Source of the DNA: Leptonemataceae bacterium
GTDB taxonomy: Bacteria > Spirochaetota > Leptospiria > Leptospirales > Leptonemataceae
Length of the DNA stretch: 64,000 nt
Direction of reading: 5' to 3'
Assembly (NCBI GenBank): GCA_965227295.1
Contig: OZ245742.1
Location: 1,280,001 to 1,344,000 of the forward strand
Shown here piece after piece: positions 8,300 to 18,449 of this stretch. The translations under genes and the position numbers were made by a program. Within the stretch, counting starts at the first letter, position 1. Every line of letters starts with the position of its first letter. The notes below the pieces were generated by a model that saw nothing but the letters and a program-made list of their open reading frames with translations, did no database searches and had not been told where the DNA came from.

Positions 8300-10786
8300 A
8301 TGCAACAAGAAACCACCATCAGTACCGCTCCGAATCCTGAGTCGCTGGAAGATGTGTGCAGGCTCATTGAAGACAGTCTGCGCATCGCCGCCCCGGCCTG
8401 GCCGCTGCAGCATACCACCGCGGTCAATCCGTTCTGGTTTTTGCGGGATAAGACGTTTTACGAAACCGCCGTGGAGCTTACGCCCATCATTCATGCGCCG
8501 TTGTTCCTCCCCCTGGACGAGTACCTGAAGCGCTTTGATCGCGGCGAGATCAACGAGGACGCCCTGCTTACGGTCATTCACGAGGCGCGGGAGTTCGACT
8601 ACGACATTCCGGAGACCGTCAACGTCTTCGTGAACATCAGTCGCACCACCGAGAGTACGTCGCGCAAACATCCGAGCCTCGCGGAACACCTGCGTGACGA
8701 TCTCTTCTGGCATCGCACGGTGGTGAACGAAGTCGGCAAGTATGCCGCCGCGTACTTCGACGAGCACCAGGCCCTCGCAAAGTTTCCGTGGTACGATGAG
8801 TCGTTCTGGCAGGGCTGGCTGCAGGCCCGGGAGTGGGACAGTTCCATGGAAGCCCTCGGCGTGCCGCATTTCGCAACCTACGTCCGGGAATTCGCAGACC
8901 TCGGTCCCGCCGAAGCCGTCGCGTACATGCTGGATCGCATAGGGCTTGTTTCTTATGAAGGCCGCCGCGTGTACCTGCAACGACTCATCGCCACGGTCCT
9001 GGGCTGGGCCGCGCGCTTTCGGTACGACGAGTGGCAGGTGCAGTTGGAGCTTCCCCCGGATCGGCCGGCGCAGTTGATCGAACTGCTCGCGGTGCGCATG
9101 GCGTACGACTACGGTCTCTTTCAGCACGCCGGGGACAACGGTGAGGCCACGAAACTTTCGTACTGGCGTATGGCGTATAACGAAATCAACGAGCGTGCAT
9201 CGAAACGTTATCATCCCTTTCGTTTGCATTCGGTCTGGCAGGCCGCGGCGGAGCGTTCGTATCAAAAGCGTGTAGTGCGCGATCTGCAATTTCGCGACGG
9301 GGCGAAACTTGCGCCGGAGGTACAGATGGCGTTTTGCATCGACGTGCGTTCGGAGATGATTCGCCGGCACATCGAAGCGGAGCATTCGGACGTGGAGACC
9401 ATCGGCTTCGCCGGATTCTTCGGCCTGCCCATCGAATACCAGCGGCTGGATGAACGCGGTCCCGGTCGGCGGTTGCCGGTGTTGCTCGCTCCGGCGTTGC
9501 GCGTGCAGGAAAGCGCGAAGGGCGGTGCCAACGCCGACGGTGCGGCGGCCATGAAAGCACGTCGTCGTCCGGGGGATTCGTTTTTGCTGAGTTACTTCAA
9601 GAACATGCGCAAGGCGACGCTCTCGTCTTTTCTGTATGTGGAATTCTTCGGCATTCTCTCGATGGAGAACATGTTGCGTCGAACCTGGCAGAGCATTCTG
9701 CGCACCCTGCGCGGTGAGAGCATGCCTCGTCGCTTCGATGACCGCGCGTCGGGACCGGACATGCATCATCTTACAAAAGCGGACGGTACGCCGCTTAATG
9801 CGTCGGCGAAAGCGGGCACGGTGGCCGGCGTCTTGCGCAGCATGGGCCTGCGGGATCGTTTCGCGAAACTCGTGGTGCTGGCCGGACACGGATCGGCCAC
9901 GACCAACAATGCTTTTGCTTCATCGCTCGACTGCGGCGCCTGCGGCGGTCATGCCGGTGATGTGAACGCGCGATTGCTCGCCGCCGTGTTGAACGATGCG
10001 GACGTTCGCGCGGCTCTTGCGAAAGACCACGGCATCACGATTCCCGAAACGACGTTCTTTATTCCAGCCGTCCACGAGACCGTAACCGACGACATCTATC
10101 TGCTGGATGAAGAAACCGTACCGCTGGCCTATCAGGACGCCGTGAGCAAACTGCGCCATGCGCTGAGACGCGCATCGAAACGCACGCGACTAGAGCGCCG
10201 CTTTGCCCGCTCGCCGGTGGTGGATCGCCACACGTATCGCCGTTCGCGCAACTGGTCCGAGGTGCGTCCGGAGTGGGGCCTCGCCGGTAACGCGTGTTTC
10301 ATCGTCGCGCCGCGGGAACGAACGCGGGGCATGAACTTCATGTCGCGTTCGTTTTTGCATAACTACGACTGGGCGAAGGACGATCAGTTCGCCGTACTCG
10401 AAGCCATTATGACCGCGCCCATGGTCGTGACGAACTGGATCAACCTGCAGTACTACGCATCCGCCGTCGCGCCGGAAGTCTACGGGGCCGGCAGCAAGGT
10501 CCTGCATAACGTCGTCGATGAAAGCGGCGTAGTCGAAGGCAACGGTGGTGATCTGCGCGTGGGTCTGCCGATTCAATCCGTGCACGACGGCGAACGGCTG
10601 GTCCACGAACCGTTGCGGTTGAGCGTCTTCATCGAAGCGCCGCGCAAGGAAATCGAAGCGATTATTGAAAAGCACCAGGTCGTTCGGGAACTGGTGGACC
10701 ATGAGTGGCTGCACCTGCTGCACATCGACACAAAAACCGGCAGCGTGGAACGCCGGCATCCGGGAGGTGTGTATTCGCGCGTGTAA
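8300..10786 (+). CDS. dabA: Inorganic carbon transporter subunit DabA (DUF2309)
   Basis: IAAPAWPL...AVNPF; Zn-ligand motifs FCIDVRSE, GHGS, DCGACGG; WSEVRPEWGLAGNA; WINLQYYAS. Confidence 0.92.
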   Translation: MQQETTISTAPNPESLEDVCRLIEDSLRIAAPAWPLQHTTAVNPFWFLRDKTFYETAVELTPIIHAPLFLPLDEYLKRFDRGEINEDALLTVIHEAREFDYDIPETVNVFVNISRTTESTSRKHPSLAEHLRDDLFWHRTVVNEVGKYAAAYFDEHQALAKFPWYDESFWQGWLQAREWDSSMEALGVPHFATYVREFADLGPAEAVAYMLDRIGLVSYEGRRVYLQRLIATVLGWAARFRYDEWQVQLELPPDRPAQLIELLAVRMAYDYGLFQHAGDNGEATKLSYWRMAYNEINERASKRYHPFRLHSVWQAAAERSYQKRVVRDLQFRDGAKLAPEVQMAFCIDVRSEMIRRHIEAEHSDVETIGFAGFFGLPIEYQRLDERGPGRRLPVLLAPALRVQESAKGGANADGAAAMKARRRPGDSFLLSYFKNMRKATLSSFLYVEFFGILSMENMLRRTWQSILRTLRGESMPRRFDDRASGPDMHHLTKADGTPLNASAKAGTVAGVLRSMGLRDRFAKLVVLAGHGSATTNNAFASSLDCGACGGHAGDVNARLLAAVLNDADVRAALAKDHGITIPETTFFIPAVHETVTDDIYLLDEETVPLAYQDAVSKLRHALRRASKRTRLERRFARSPVVDRHTYRRSRNWSEVRPEWGLAGNACFIVAPRERTRGMNFMSRSFLHNYDWAKDDQFAVLEAIMTAPMVVTNWINLQYYASAVAPEVYGAGSKVLHNVVDESGVVEGNGGDLRVGLPIQSVHDGERLVHEPLRLSVFIEAPRKEIEAIIEKHQVVRELVDHEWLHLLHIDTKTGSVERRHPGGVYSRV

Positions 10787-10808
10787 GTTGCTTCGCGAAA
10801 GGCGCGGT

Positions 10809-11114
10809 CTACTTGATCAACGACACCAATTCATTGAGTGAGCAGTTTTTTTCGACGGGATGCCGGAGGGGTTTCGTAAGATTCAGCCGGTAGGTGTTAC
10901 GGCGACCTTCTTTTTGTCGTTTGATGTAGCCGCTCTCTTCGAGATCGGCGACGATGCGCTGTACCGCCCGCTCCGTAATGCCGACTTTCAGCGCCACGTC
11001 CCGCAGCACGCTTTCGGGATCGCGGGCCAGGCAGATGAGCACGTGCGAGTGGTTCGAAAGAAAGGTCCAGCCGGCCTCGGTGGATTTTGGTTTTACGGCG
11101 CTTTTCTTGTTCAT
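10809..11114 (-). CDS. Winged-helix (ArsR/MarR/AsnC-like) transcriptional regulator
   Basis: WTFLSNHSHVLICLARDP...VGITERAVQRIVADLEESGYI...GRRNTY; start trimmed to ATG 11114. Confidence 0.8.
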   Translation of the reverse strand: MNKKSAVKPKSTEAGWTFLSNHSHVLICLARDPESVLRDVALKVGITERAVQRIVADLEESGYIKRQKEGRRNTYRLNLTKPLRHPVEKNCSLNELVSLIK

Positions 11115-11230
11115 GACGACACCTGAAGCAGGAAACATGAATGATGTGTCATAAATAGCGCACGTGGCAGGAAATAACAAGTCAAAAAGCCGTGCCGGAA
11201 CGAACCGGCACGGCCCTGTCGCGATCGATC

Positions 11231-11980
11231 TCAGCGTCGCAGTTTCGAAAGCAACCGCAGGAATTCGATGTACAGCCAGATCAGCGTGACCATAAGTCCG
11301 AAGGCCGCGTACCATTCCATGTACCTGGGTGCCCCGGCTGCTTCGCCGCGTTCAATGAAGTCGAAGTCCAGAACCAGGTTCAGCGCCGCAATCACGACCA
11401 CGAACAAACTGAAGCCGATCCCGATGAGTCCGCTTTCGTGAATGTACGGGACCGACGTACCGAAGAGGTTCGCGCCGATGCTCACGAGATAGATCAACGC
11501 GATCCCGCCGGTGGCCGCCGCAATTCCCAAACGAAAGTTTTGTGTAACTTTGATGAGTCCGCTTTTGTAGACCATGAGCAGGGAGAACAACGTGCCGAAG
11601 GTCAGCATCACCGCCTGAATGACGATGCCCGGGTACTGCGCTTCGAAGACGGCGGAGAGCGCGCCCAGAAAGCAACCCTCCGCGGCGGCGTAGAGCGGTG
11701 CCGTGTACGGCGACGCCGTCGGTTTGAAGATCGTGACTAGCGCCAGCACCGCGCCGACACCTACCCCGCCCCACATGAACCAGGGCATGAGTTCGGTCTG
11801 CCCTTGAAAGAACTGATTCCAGGTATAGATCGCCGGAACCAGGAGAATGCCGAGGAGGATAACGGTCTTCGTGGCCGCGCCCTGCACGGTCATAGTCTCG
11901 CTGCCCGCCGCCGCGCTATCGTACGGACCGACAGCCTGTTGGAATGCGCTGTCACTCAGCGCAGGATTGGAAGTTCGCAT
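11231..11980 (-). CDS. Bax inhibitor-1/YccA family membrane protein
   Basis: MRTSNPAL start, multiple TM helices, LDFDFIE and EWYAAFGLMVTLIWLYIEFLRLL. Confidence 0.88.
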   Translation of the reverse strand: MRTSNPALSDSAFQQAVGPYDSAAAGSETMTVQGAATKTVILLGILLVPAIYTWNQFFQGQTELMPWFMWGGVGVGAVLALVTIFKPTASPYTAPLYAAAEGCFLGALSAVFEAQYPGIVIQAVMLTFGTLFSLLMVYKSGLIKVTQNFRLGIAAATGGIALIYLVSIGANLFGTSVPYIHESGLIGIGFSLFVVVIAALNLVLDFDFIERGEAAGAPRYMEWYAAFGLMVTLIWLYIEFLRLLSKLRR

Positions 11981-12049
11981 GCGTGATTGTCCGGCCCCCG
12001 TGCTCGCGCACAAGACATTTGTGTTTATTTATGATATCGCCGGCGACGG

Positions 12050-13405
12050 TTATTTCACATGAATCACGGCGATCATCACATCGTCCTTAAAACCTGCGAA
12101 GTCGTGGCGATTTCGGATGCGTTCCAGCACCGCCTCGATCAATGCCTCGCCGTCGAGTTCTTCGAGGCCGGCCAGAAGGACTTCCGCGTGAATGTCCGCG
12201 GTCTCACTGCCGTTGGAGCTTGCGTACTCGGTGAGACCGTCGGTGTAGAGAAAAAATCTGTCGCCCGGTTCCAGAGAGAAGGCCAGCTCTTGCGCGATGG
12301 GCCGCGCCACGCGATAGCCGAGCACGGAACCCTGCGTACGAATTTCCCGGAACGGCCGGCCCTGGGGTGCGTACATGGCCGCGGGATGACCGGCGTTCGC
12401 CAATCGCGCGCGCATGCGTTTGAAATCGAACATTACGTATACCGCCGACGCGTGATGACTGCCGAAGTCCCGGGACATGGTTTCGTCCAGGTGCTCCATC
12501 ATCTCCACGGGTTCCAGGCGCAGTCGGTACGGCATGCGCGCGAGTAGAACCTTAAGGGCCGCCGTCATCATGGCGCTGGAAATGCCGTGACCGGAGACGT
12601 CGGCCAGGAAGAGGCCCAGGTCGCCTTCGCGCAGGCGCACCAGGTCGTAAAAATCACCGCCGGTTTGATTCTCCGGCGAACGGTAGACGTCCAGGCGCAG
12701 GCGATCGTTCTCGCGGAAAGACGGAAAAAGATTCTCGTGTACTTTCTGCGCCATCGAAAGGTCGGCGCTCTCTTTCGCGATCTTACCGCGAAGTTCCAGA
12801 TAACGAACGCAGGCGAAGAGCAACACCGATTCGAGAAAGAGCGCGAGCAGGGCGGCCCATATCAATGTAAAGACGTGCTGAACCAGGAGCGCTTCGGATG
12901 CCTCGAAGTCCTGGAAGAACAAGATGTGGGCCAGCAAGAAGAGCAACACCGGCCAGCCGGAAAAACGGCCGGGGCGCAGGGCCTGCGATAATGTAAACGC
13001 GAGGTACGTTAAGAACTTTTCGTTTACATCCGCCGCACTCTCGGGCATGCCGAAGTGATACACGACGAGAAAGAGGGCGATGTAGTATACGGAGTAAAAG
13101 TATGAGTTCCACCGGTGGTGGACTTCTTTGAATGCGAAGAATGTGGTGACGACGGCGACGGCCACCAGGGATTCCATGAGTTCCGTTTGCGTACTTGCGT
13201 AAAGACCGGAGCCGTCCTCGAAGAAACCGAAGCTGAATTGAATCAGGCGCAGCAGGATTGTGCTCGCCCCGAAGATCAAGAGCGCGATGCGTTCAATGGA
13301 AGCGAGCAGGGCGCGCAACTGGCGGCCGTCCACGCCGCGGGGGACCTGGTTGCGCCAGAGGACGGTGTTCAGGAGATACGAGTAGCTTTTGGTCAGGTCG
13401 CGCAT
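12050..13405 (-). CDS. Membrane-bound PP2C/SpoIIE-family Ser/Thr phosphatase
   Basis: N-terminal TM segments; GGDFYD, ADVSGHG, ANAGHP, YTDGLTE, DDVMI motifs. Confidence 0.88.
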   Translation of the reverse strand: MRDLTKSYSYLLNTVLWRNQVPRGVDGRQLRALLASIERIALLIFGASTILLRLIQFSFGFFEDGSGLYASTQTELMESLVAVAVVTTFFAFKEVHHRWNSYFYSVYYIALFLVVYHFGMPESAADVNEKFLTYLAFTLSQALRPGRFSGWPVLLFLLAHILFFQDFEASEALLVQHVFTLIWAALLALFLESVLLFACVRYLELRGKIAKESADLSMAQKVHENLFPSFRENDRLRLDVYRSPENQTGGDFYDLVRLREGDLGLFLADVSGHGISSAMMTAALKVLLARMPYRLRLEPVEMMEHLDETMSRDFGSHHASAVYVMFDFKRMRARLANAGHPAAMYAPQGRPFREIRTQGSVLGYRVARPIAQELAFSLEPGDRFFLYTDGLTEYASSNGSETADIHAEVLLAGLEELDGEALIEAVLERIRNRHDFAGFKDDVMIAVIHVK

Positions 13406-13413
13406 GCCGCGGG

Positions 13414-13884
13414 TCAGCGCGCGGGGTAGTACACGATTTCGCGGACGATGGAGCCCTCGACGCGCAGTCCGATGTTCCAGCCCGTACGCAAGAAGTCATC
13501 CAGTTTTCTGAGCACCTTCAAACAGCGTGCCCGCGAACCGCAGGGATGGTGCAAGGCATGCGACGTGGCGTGAAAGGCCCATACCCCGGGATGAGTTGTT
13601 AATATCGTTACGAAGTGAGGCCCGTATTTTGCGACTTCGTCACCGTCGCGGACTTCATAAACAATGTGCGAGACATAGCGGCGGTTCGTTATGCGCGTTT
13701 CGATGCCCGATTCCACGTGCGGGTAGACGGAGTCCTCGGAGTAAACCGCGGAAGTTGTAAGTAATACTGAAAGTGCGAGCAGGAGGAAGAATGACTCCGA
13801 GGACCGAGGAAACCGAGGAGTTTTGGGAGGGGCGGCGTAGCCTGCACGTGTTCGGACTGCGAGAGCTGTCTTAGCCCGACCCAT
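13414..13884 (-). CDS. Hypothetical exported protein
   Basis: GAGGAG RBS upstream of ATG 13884, hydrophobic stretch FFLLLALSVLL; co-oriented between csrA and the phosphatase. Confidence 0.5.
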   Translation of the reverse strand: MGRAKTALAVRTRAGYAAPPKTPRFPRSSESFFLLLALSVLLTTSAVYSEDSVYPHVESGIETRITNRRYVSHIVYEVRDGDEVAKYGPHFVTILTTHPGVWAFHATSHALHHPCGSRARCLKVLRKLDDFLRTGWNIGLRVEGSIVREIVYYPAR

Positions 13885-13929
13885 CTTTTCAGCTCCTCAT
13901 GTTCTCCTCGAACCCTCGGTCCTCGGAGT
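13794..13929. repeat. Inverted pair of short REP-like elements (ACTCCGAGGACCGAGG...)
   Basis: ACTCCGAGGACCGAGGAAACCGAGGAG at 13794-13820 and its near reverse complement CTCCTCGAACCCTCGGTCCTCGGAGT at 13904-13929. Confidence 0.75.
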
Positions 13930-14168
13930 TAATCCTTCTTTTTCTTCTTCAGCAACTTCCCGAGATTCTGCAACGATTGCGGCGACGCCTTCGCGGCCTC
14001 TTTGTTCTGTTCCTGAATTTCCTTGTAAACTTCTGTTCGGTGCACACTAACAGAACGCGGCGCCCGGATGCCCAGTTTGATCTGGTCGCCCTTGATGTCC
14101 ACGACCACGATCTCAATGTCGTCACCGATCATAATGGACTCGTTGATTCTGCGCGCGAGGACGAGCAC
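13929..14168 (-). CDS. csrA: Carbon storage regulator CsrA
   Basis: [20 protein letters not shown]...[19 protein letters not shown]; follows fliW. Confidence 0.97.
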   Translation of the reverse strand: MLVLARRINESIMIGDDIEIVVVDIKGDQIKLGIRAPRSVSVHRTEVYKEIQEQNKEAAKASPQSLQNLGKLLKKKKKD

Positions 14169-14624
14169 TCAGGCACCCCCCTCGTCGAGATGTTCCAGGA
14201 TCGGAACGCGTACGTGGTGTTTGCCGTGATGTGAAATGACCTGGCGGCCCAGATTCTCCGCGCCTTTGCGGTACACCAGGATCGGGCCCTGCAGGTTTGC
14301 GGTCATCTTCTCGGGGCTGTCCTCGGGAATCGTGACGATGGAAAAAATCTCGCAGTCCTCGACCTTTTCGGTGCCCAGGGATTGCAGATCACCGGGGGCC
14401 ACCTGCGGTTTGTAAGCTTCGATGAACAGAGCCGGATCGATGACCACGAAGGCCAGGTTCGGATCGTTTACGGACTGGAGCCACTGAAACGGGCTCTCGC
14501 CGGATTCCGCGAGCATTACGAATTCGTGGAACTCCTGAAAACCGAAGAGACCGTCCGGGAATCGGATCAGCTCTCCGGATTCGACTTCCACTTCGCCGAG
14601 GGCTTTCGTAGTCAACGTTGGCAT
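14169..14624 (-). CDS. fliW: Flagellar assembly factor FliW
   Basis: FPDGLFGF, F.WLQS...LAFVVIDP, MTANLQGPI; between flgL and csrA. Confidence 0.95.
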   Translation of the reverse strand: MPTLTTKALGEVEVESGELIRFPDGLFGFQEFHEFVMLAESGESPFQWLQSVNDPNLAFVVIDPALFIEAYKPQVAPGDLQSLGTEKVEDCEIFSIVTIPEDSPEKMTANLQGPILVYRKGAENLGRQVISHHGKHHVRVPILEHLDEGGA

Positions 14625-14656
14625 AAAAGAAAATACTAACCTTTGCGGGAATTACC

Positions 14657-15922
14657 TTAGCGCAGGAAATCCATCAGCTGCGGGCGGATGATGCGCGAGC
14701 CGACGTTCAGCGAGTACTGGTGAATCGTTTCAAGCCACTTAAGATTCATGATGGTCTCCGGGAAATCAATGCCCTCGCTTTCGGCGAGCAGCTCCTGCAT
14801 GTGCCCCTTATCCCAGGCGACGCGTTTGTCGTGTTCTTCCACGCGATTCTGGCGCGCGCCGACCTCGGCGCGATAACGTAACAGATTGTTCAGCGTTTCG
14901 TCGATGTTCGCCAGATCCCGGCCGCCGATTTCGGTGACGTCGCCGGCGAGCAGATCGTCGCGCAGTTTGATCAAAACATCGAAGGAACTCAGACCGGATA
15001 CCCGCGCGGAGTCGGCAAAATTGTTCGGCGGTTGCGAGTCGTCCGCGGAAATCAGCCCGAGATCTTGCAAGACGGTGCTGCCTTCCATATCTTCGAGCCA
15101 GATCTGATGCGGCGACGTGGACGACAGAGAAACAAAGTCCTGGCCGATGATCGACGCTTCCACCTCGAGGTTCGCGGCGTTGATCTTCGCAACGATGTCG
15201 TTGGCCGTATCGCCGGCGGCCACGCGAATTTCGGCGCCGTCGATGCGGAAAACCTGGTCGGTCGTGGCGCGATAGCCGGAGGTATCGGCAGACCCGGTCA
15301 CGGTCATGTTCGTTCCCCACAACGCTTTGTTGCCCGGAAAGTTCACGTCGATGTACTGATCGCGTTCGACCTCACGCAATTGTTTGCCGATGTCGCCGTG
15401 ATAGCGCACGCTTACGATTTGATTCTCTAACGTAACACCGTCGGCACCTTGAATGTTGGCCTGCACCGCTTCGAAGGGCGGGCGCTCCAGGGCGTGACCG
15501 GCGAACAGATAACGACCGGTGGCGTCCCGGGCGTTGCCGAGTTCGATCATGGCGCGCAGGTGTTGATCGATTTCTTTGGCGATGGCGTAGCGATCTTCGT
15601 TCTTTTCGCCGCCGTAGGTTCCGTTCGCACCCTGCACGGCCAGCACGCGGACGCGTTGCAGAATATCGGTAACCCGGGCCATCTCGCCGTCCACCAGGTC
15701 CAGGCGATTCTTTGCGTGCATGAGGTTCGTGTCGAACTGTTCGAGTTCATTGACGCGCGTGCGAAAGTACATTTGGTTTGTTGCAGCGGAAGGATCGTCC
15801 GCCGGCCGGCCGATGCGCCGTCCGGTTGCGAGCTGATCCTGTACTTTGTCGAACTCCCGCTGGTGCCGCTGCGTATTGCGCACCAGTGTGTTGTTTTTCA
15901 TGATATCAGTTATACGCATCAT
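14657..15922 (-). CDS. flgL: Flagellar hook-associated protein 3 FlgL
   Basis: MMRIT...LATGRRIGRPADDP, flagellin-like N/C termini ending LMDFLR. Confidence 0.93.
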   Translation of the reverse strand: MMRITDIMKNNTLVRNTQRHQREFDKVQDQLATGRRIGRPADDPSAATNQMYFRTRVNELEQFDTNLMHAKNRLDLVDGEMARVTDILQRVRVLAVQGANGTYGGEKNEDRYAIAKEIDQHLRAMIELGNARDATGRYLFAGHALERPPFEAVQANIQGADGVTLENQIVSVRYHGDIGKQLREVERDQYIDVNFPGNKALWGTNMTVTGSADTSGYRATTDQVFRIDGAEIRVAAGDTANDIVAKINAANLEVEASIIGQDFVSLSSTSPHQIWLEDMEGSTVLQDLGLISADDSQPPNNFADSARVSGLSSFDVLIKLRDDLLAGDVTEIGGRDLANIDETLNNLLRYRAEVGARQNRVEEHDKRVAWDKGHMQELLAESEGIDFPETIMNLKWLETIHQYSLNVGSRIIRPQLMDFLR

Positions 15923-15988
15923 AAGGTTATCCTAGGATCGATCGTCGTTGCCCCTGGCGCTCTAGCTTCACAAACTCTTTATCTTAAA

Positions 15989-16013
15989 CCCTCGTTCCCT
16001 CGGTCCTCGGAGT
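15989..16013. repeat. Third copy of the CCTCGGTCCTCGGAGT REP-like motif, in the flgK-flgL spacer
   Basis: CCCTCGTTCCCTCGGTCCTCGGAGT, same orientation as the 13904-13929 copy. Confidence 0.7.
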
Positions 16014-16024
16014 AGATTTTTTAG

Positions 16025-17971
16025 TTAAGCACCCATCCGATTGATGATCACTTCCAGCAGTTGATCCATTGTGTTGATCACGCGGGCGCTCGCGTTGTAC
16101 GCGTGCTGGAACTGCACCATGTTCGACATCTCTTCGTCGAGGCTCACGCCCATCACCGACTGACGAAAGTTGTTCAGTGAAACGAGGTCGTCCTTCAAAC
16201 GCAGCGAGGCGTCCGTGGCCGTGCGGGACTCGGTGCCGAGCTTCGCGATCAACGCGTTGTAGAATTCCTCGGCGTTCACCTCGCGGCCGACCATGTGCGA
16301 GTCCTGTTTCAACGACGCCGCGATCAACAGCGCGTTCGAACCGTCGCCGATGCCGCCCGGAGTGTTGTAATCGCCGGTGCCGCCGACGTCCCGGCCGCGA
16401 CCCGCGGCCACGCTGGCCGGATCCCGGCCCACGTCGTCGGAGACTTCCATGTAGGCGGCCGGATGAAAGACCGGCGTCAGCGTAAGGTCTTCCAGCGGCG
16501 CCCGCAGTTTCGAAAGTTCGTTGATGCGCCGGTAGTCGAAGGCCCCGGCCTGTCCGCTACTCTGGAGGACACCGGCATAGCCGACTAACAGCTCGCCGCT
16601 GTCTTCTAAGTGGCGAATCATGAAATTCGTGCGGCGATCACCCTCGGGCAGATCGGCGCGGGTGGCCTTAAACGAAAGCTGGTTGTCGTGGTTCAGGTAC
16701 GCCACGACGCCGGCGCCGGAGTCGTTAATGCGCCCGATGATCTCATCCATAGTTTCGTCGCGGGAGTAGTCGATGCGCACCGGCGAGTTGTTCGGGTCGT
16801 TCTTGTGCAGCGTGATGGTGCCGTCCACGCCGACGCGTTGCGTGGCGTCGATCTCGTTGGTACCGGTCACGCGAAAGAGGGCCGTGACTTCCGCGGAGCC
16901 GTCCTGGTTAAGGTCGAAGTTCCCGGAGGCGTTCTGGATGATGTACGAGCCGCGGGCGTTTGCGGACAGCGGACGCAGGTCAAAGAAGTCTTTGTTCGTG
17001 GTGCCGTTCATGCCGAAGCCGTCGCGGTGCACCTCGTTGACGATGTCGCTGATGTTCAGCGCGAAGGAATCCACGCTGTCGATGCGGTCTACGATGGAAA
17101 CGTCGCGCATCTCCAGCAGGCCGAGCAGCTTGCCGCCGCCGAGTACGATGTCGCGATCGTTGTGCTCCCACAGAACTTTGGCCATGCCCTCGTTCTGCGG
17201 ATCGGGTACGGTCTTTAACTTACGCTGGATTTCACCTTGTACTAAAGCTTGCTCGCCGATGAACACGAACAGTTCGTCGCGGTCGTTGCGCCCCACGCGC
17301 ACGTTCACAATTTTGGAAAGTTCTTCCAGGGCCGCGTCGCGTTTGTCCTTAAGATCGTTGGGCATGTCACCCAGGGCCTCGATCTTCAGAATGCGTTCGT
17401 TGAGATCGCGAATCTGACCGGCCAGAGAGTTGAGGCGATCCACTTCCGTGATTACCTCGCGGTTCGCGCGCTCACGCAAATCCGCGAGCTTGCCGTAGAC
17501 ATCATTGACGCGCGTCGCGAGGGCGCGACCGCGTTCCACGACCACTTCACGATGGGACATGTCCGCCGGAAAGTTGGCGAGCTCCTGCCAGGAGGCCCAG
17601 AAGTTGTTGGAAAGATTTCGCAGCGAGTTGTCGGAGGGTTCGTTGAATACGACCTCCATTTGCTCCAGATAGAGCTGCTTCGTATCCCAGAAATTTTTGT
17701 CGTTCTCCGCGACGATGATTTGATCGTCGTAAAACGCGTCGCGGATGCGTTCGATCTGCGCGACTTGAGCGCCCTGTCCCAACTGCCCTTTGGAGTTGGC
17801 CCGGTTCAGAGACGGGTTGTAGAGCGGGTCCATCGAGGTCATGGTGACCCGCTGGCGCGCGTAGTGTTCGTTGTCCGCGTTTGATATGTTATGGCCGGTC
17901 GTATTCAGCGCGGTCTGATGCGTAAACAGACCCCGCTTGCCGATTTCCAGGCCGCCGAATGTTGATCCCAT
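16025..17971 (-). CDS. flgK: Flagellar hook-associated protein 1 FlgK
   Basis: [15 protein letters not shown]...TTGHNISNA...YARQRV; C-terminal [23 protein letters not shown]. Confidence 0.95.
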   Translation of the reverse strand: MGSTFGGLEIGKRGLFTHQTALNTTGHNISNADNEHYARQRVTMTSMDPLYNPSLNRANSKGQLGQGAQVAQIERIRDAFYDDQIIVAENDKNFWDTKQLYLEQMEVVFNEPSDNSLRNLSNNFWASWQELANFPADMSHREVVVERGRALATRVNDVYGKLADLRERANREVITEVDRLNSLAGQIRDLNERILKIEALGDMPNDLKDKRDAALEELSKIVNVRVGRNDRDELFVFIGEQALVQGEIQRKLKTVPDPQNEGMAKVLWEHNDRDIVLGGGKLLGLLEMRDVSIVDRIDSVDSFALNISDIVNEVHRDGFGMNGTTNKDFFDLRPLSANARGSYIIQNASGNFDLNQDGSAEVTALFRVTGTNEIDATQRVGVDGTITLHKNDPNNSPVRIDYSRDETMDEIIGRINDSGAGVVAYLNHDNQLSFKATRADLPEGDRRTNFMIRHLEDSGELLVGYAGVLQSSGQAGAFDYRRINELSKLRAPLEDLTLTPVFHPAAYMEVSDDVGRDPASVAAGRGRDVGGTGDYNTPGGIGDGSNALLIAASLKQDSHMVGREVNAEEFYNALIAKLGTESRTATDASLRLKDDLVSLNNFRQSVMGVSLDEEMSNMVQFQHAYNASARVINTMDQLLEVIINRMGA

Positions 17972-18022
17972 GGCGATCTCCCGGGTGCCGCCTCCGAATC
18001 GGGGCGCACCACCATGCTAGAT

Positions 18023-18049
18023 CCGTCGGCGGAAGAGGAAAAAACCTGA
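18023..18049 (-). promoter_or_regulatory. Putative sigma-28 (FliA) promoter of the flgK operon
   Basis: Minus strand TCAG-N15-GCCGACGG about 50 bp upstream of flgK, resembling consensus TAAA-N15-GCCGATAA. Confidence 0.55.
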
Positions 18050-18104
18050 ACGGATTTTTAGTTTCGCACTTTACAAATCTCCAGTATGTTCTATTCTCTG
18101 GATT

Positions 18105-18389
18105 ATGTCACATGAGCAGGTCAATCGCATCCTGGCTCAGCACGGCCTCCAGCGCACGCCGTACACGGGCTGGCTGGCGAACCCCGCGGGCGGCCCCGAA
18201 TCCGCGATCTATGCGGGCGTCGACAGTCACGGCCGGCATTTCTTCCTGAGTTCCGGCGGTGCCACCCTCGCCACGTACGGCGAATTCGCCCGCGGCCGGG
18301 AAGTGACCATCCGTTCTCCCGAGGGCGGTAGCGATTTCAGTGTATGTCTGTTTACGCTGTGGATGCTGCTCGGCGAAACGGCGGCTTAG
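18105..18389 (+). CDS. Hypothetical protein
   Basis: 94-aa ORF divergent from flgK, fills the gap; no recognised motif. Confidence 0.5.
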   Translation: MSHEQVNRILAQHGLQRTPYTGWLANPAGGPESAIYAGVDSHGRHFFLSSGGATLATYGEFARGREVTIRSPEGGSDFSVCLFTLWMLLGETAA

Positions 18390-18449
18390 GTCTTGAATGA
18401 TTTCTCGCCCTGTGCACAGTTGGAGAGGATGGTTTGATGGGACGGTCCT

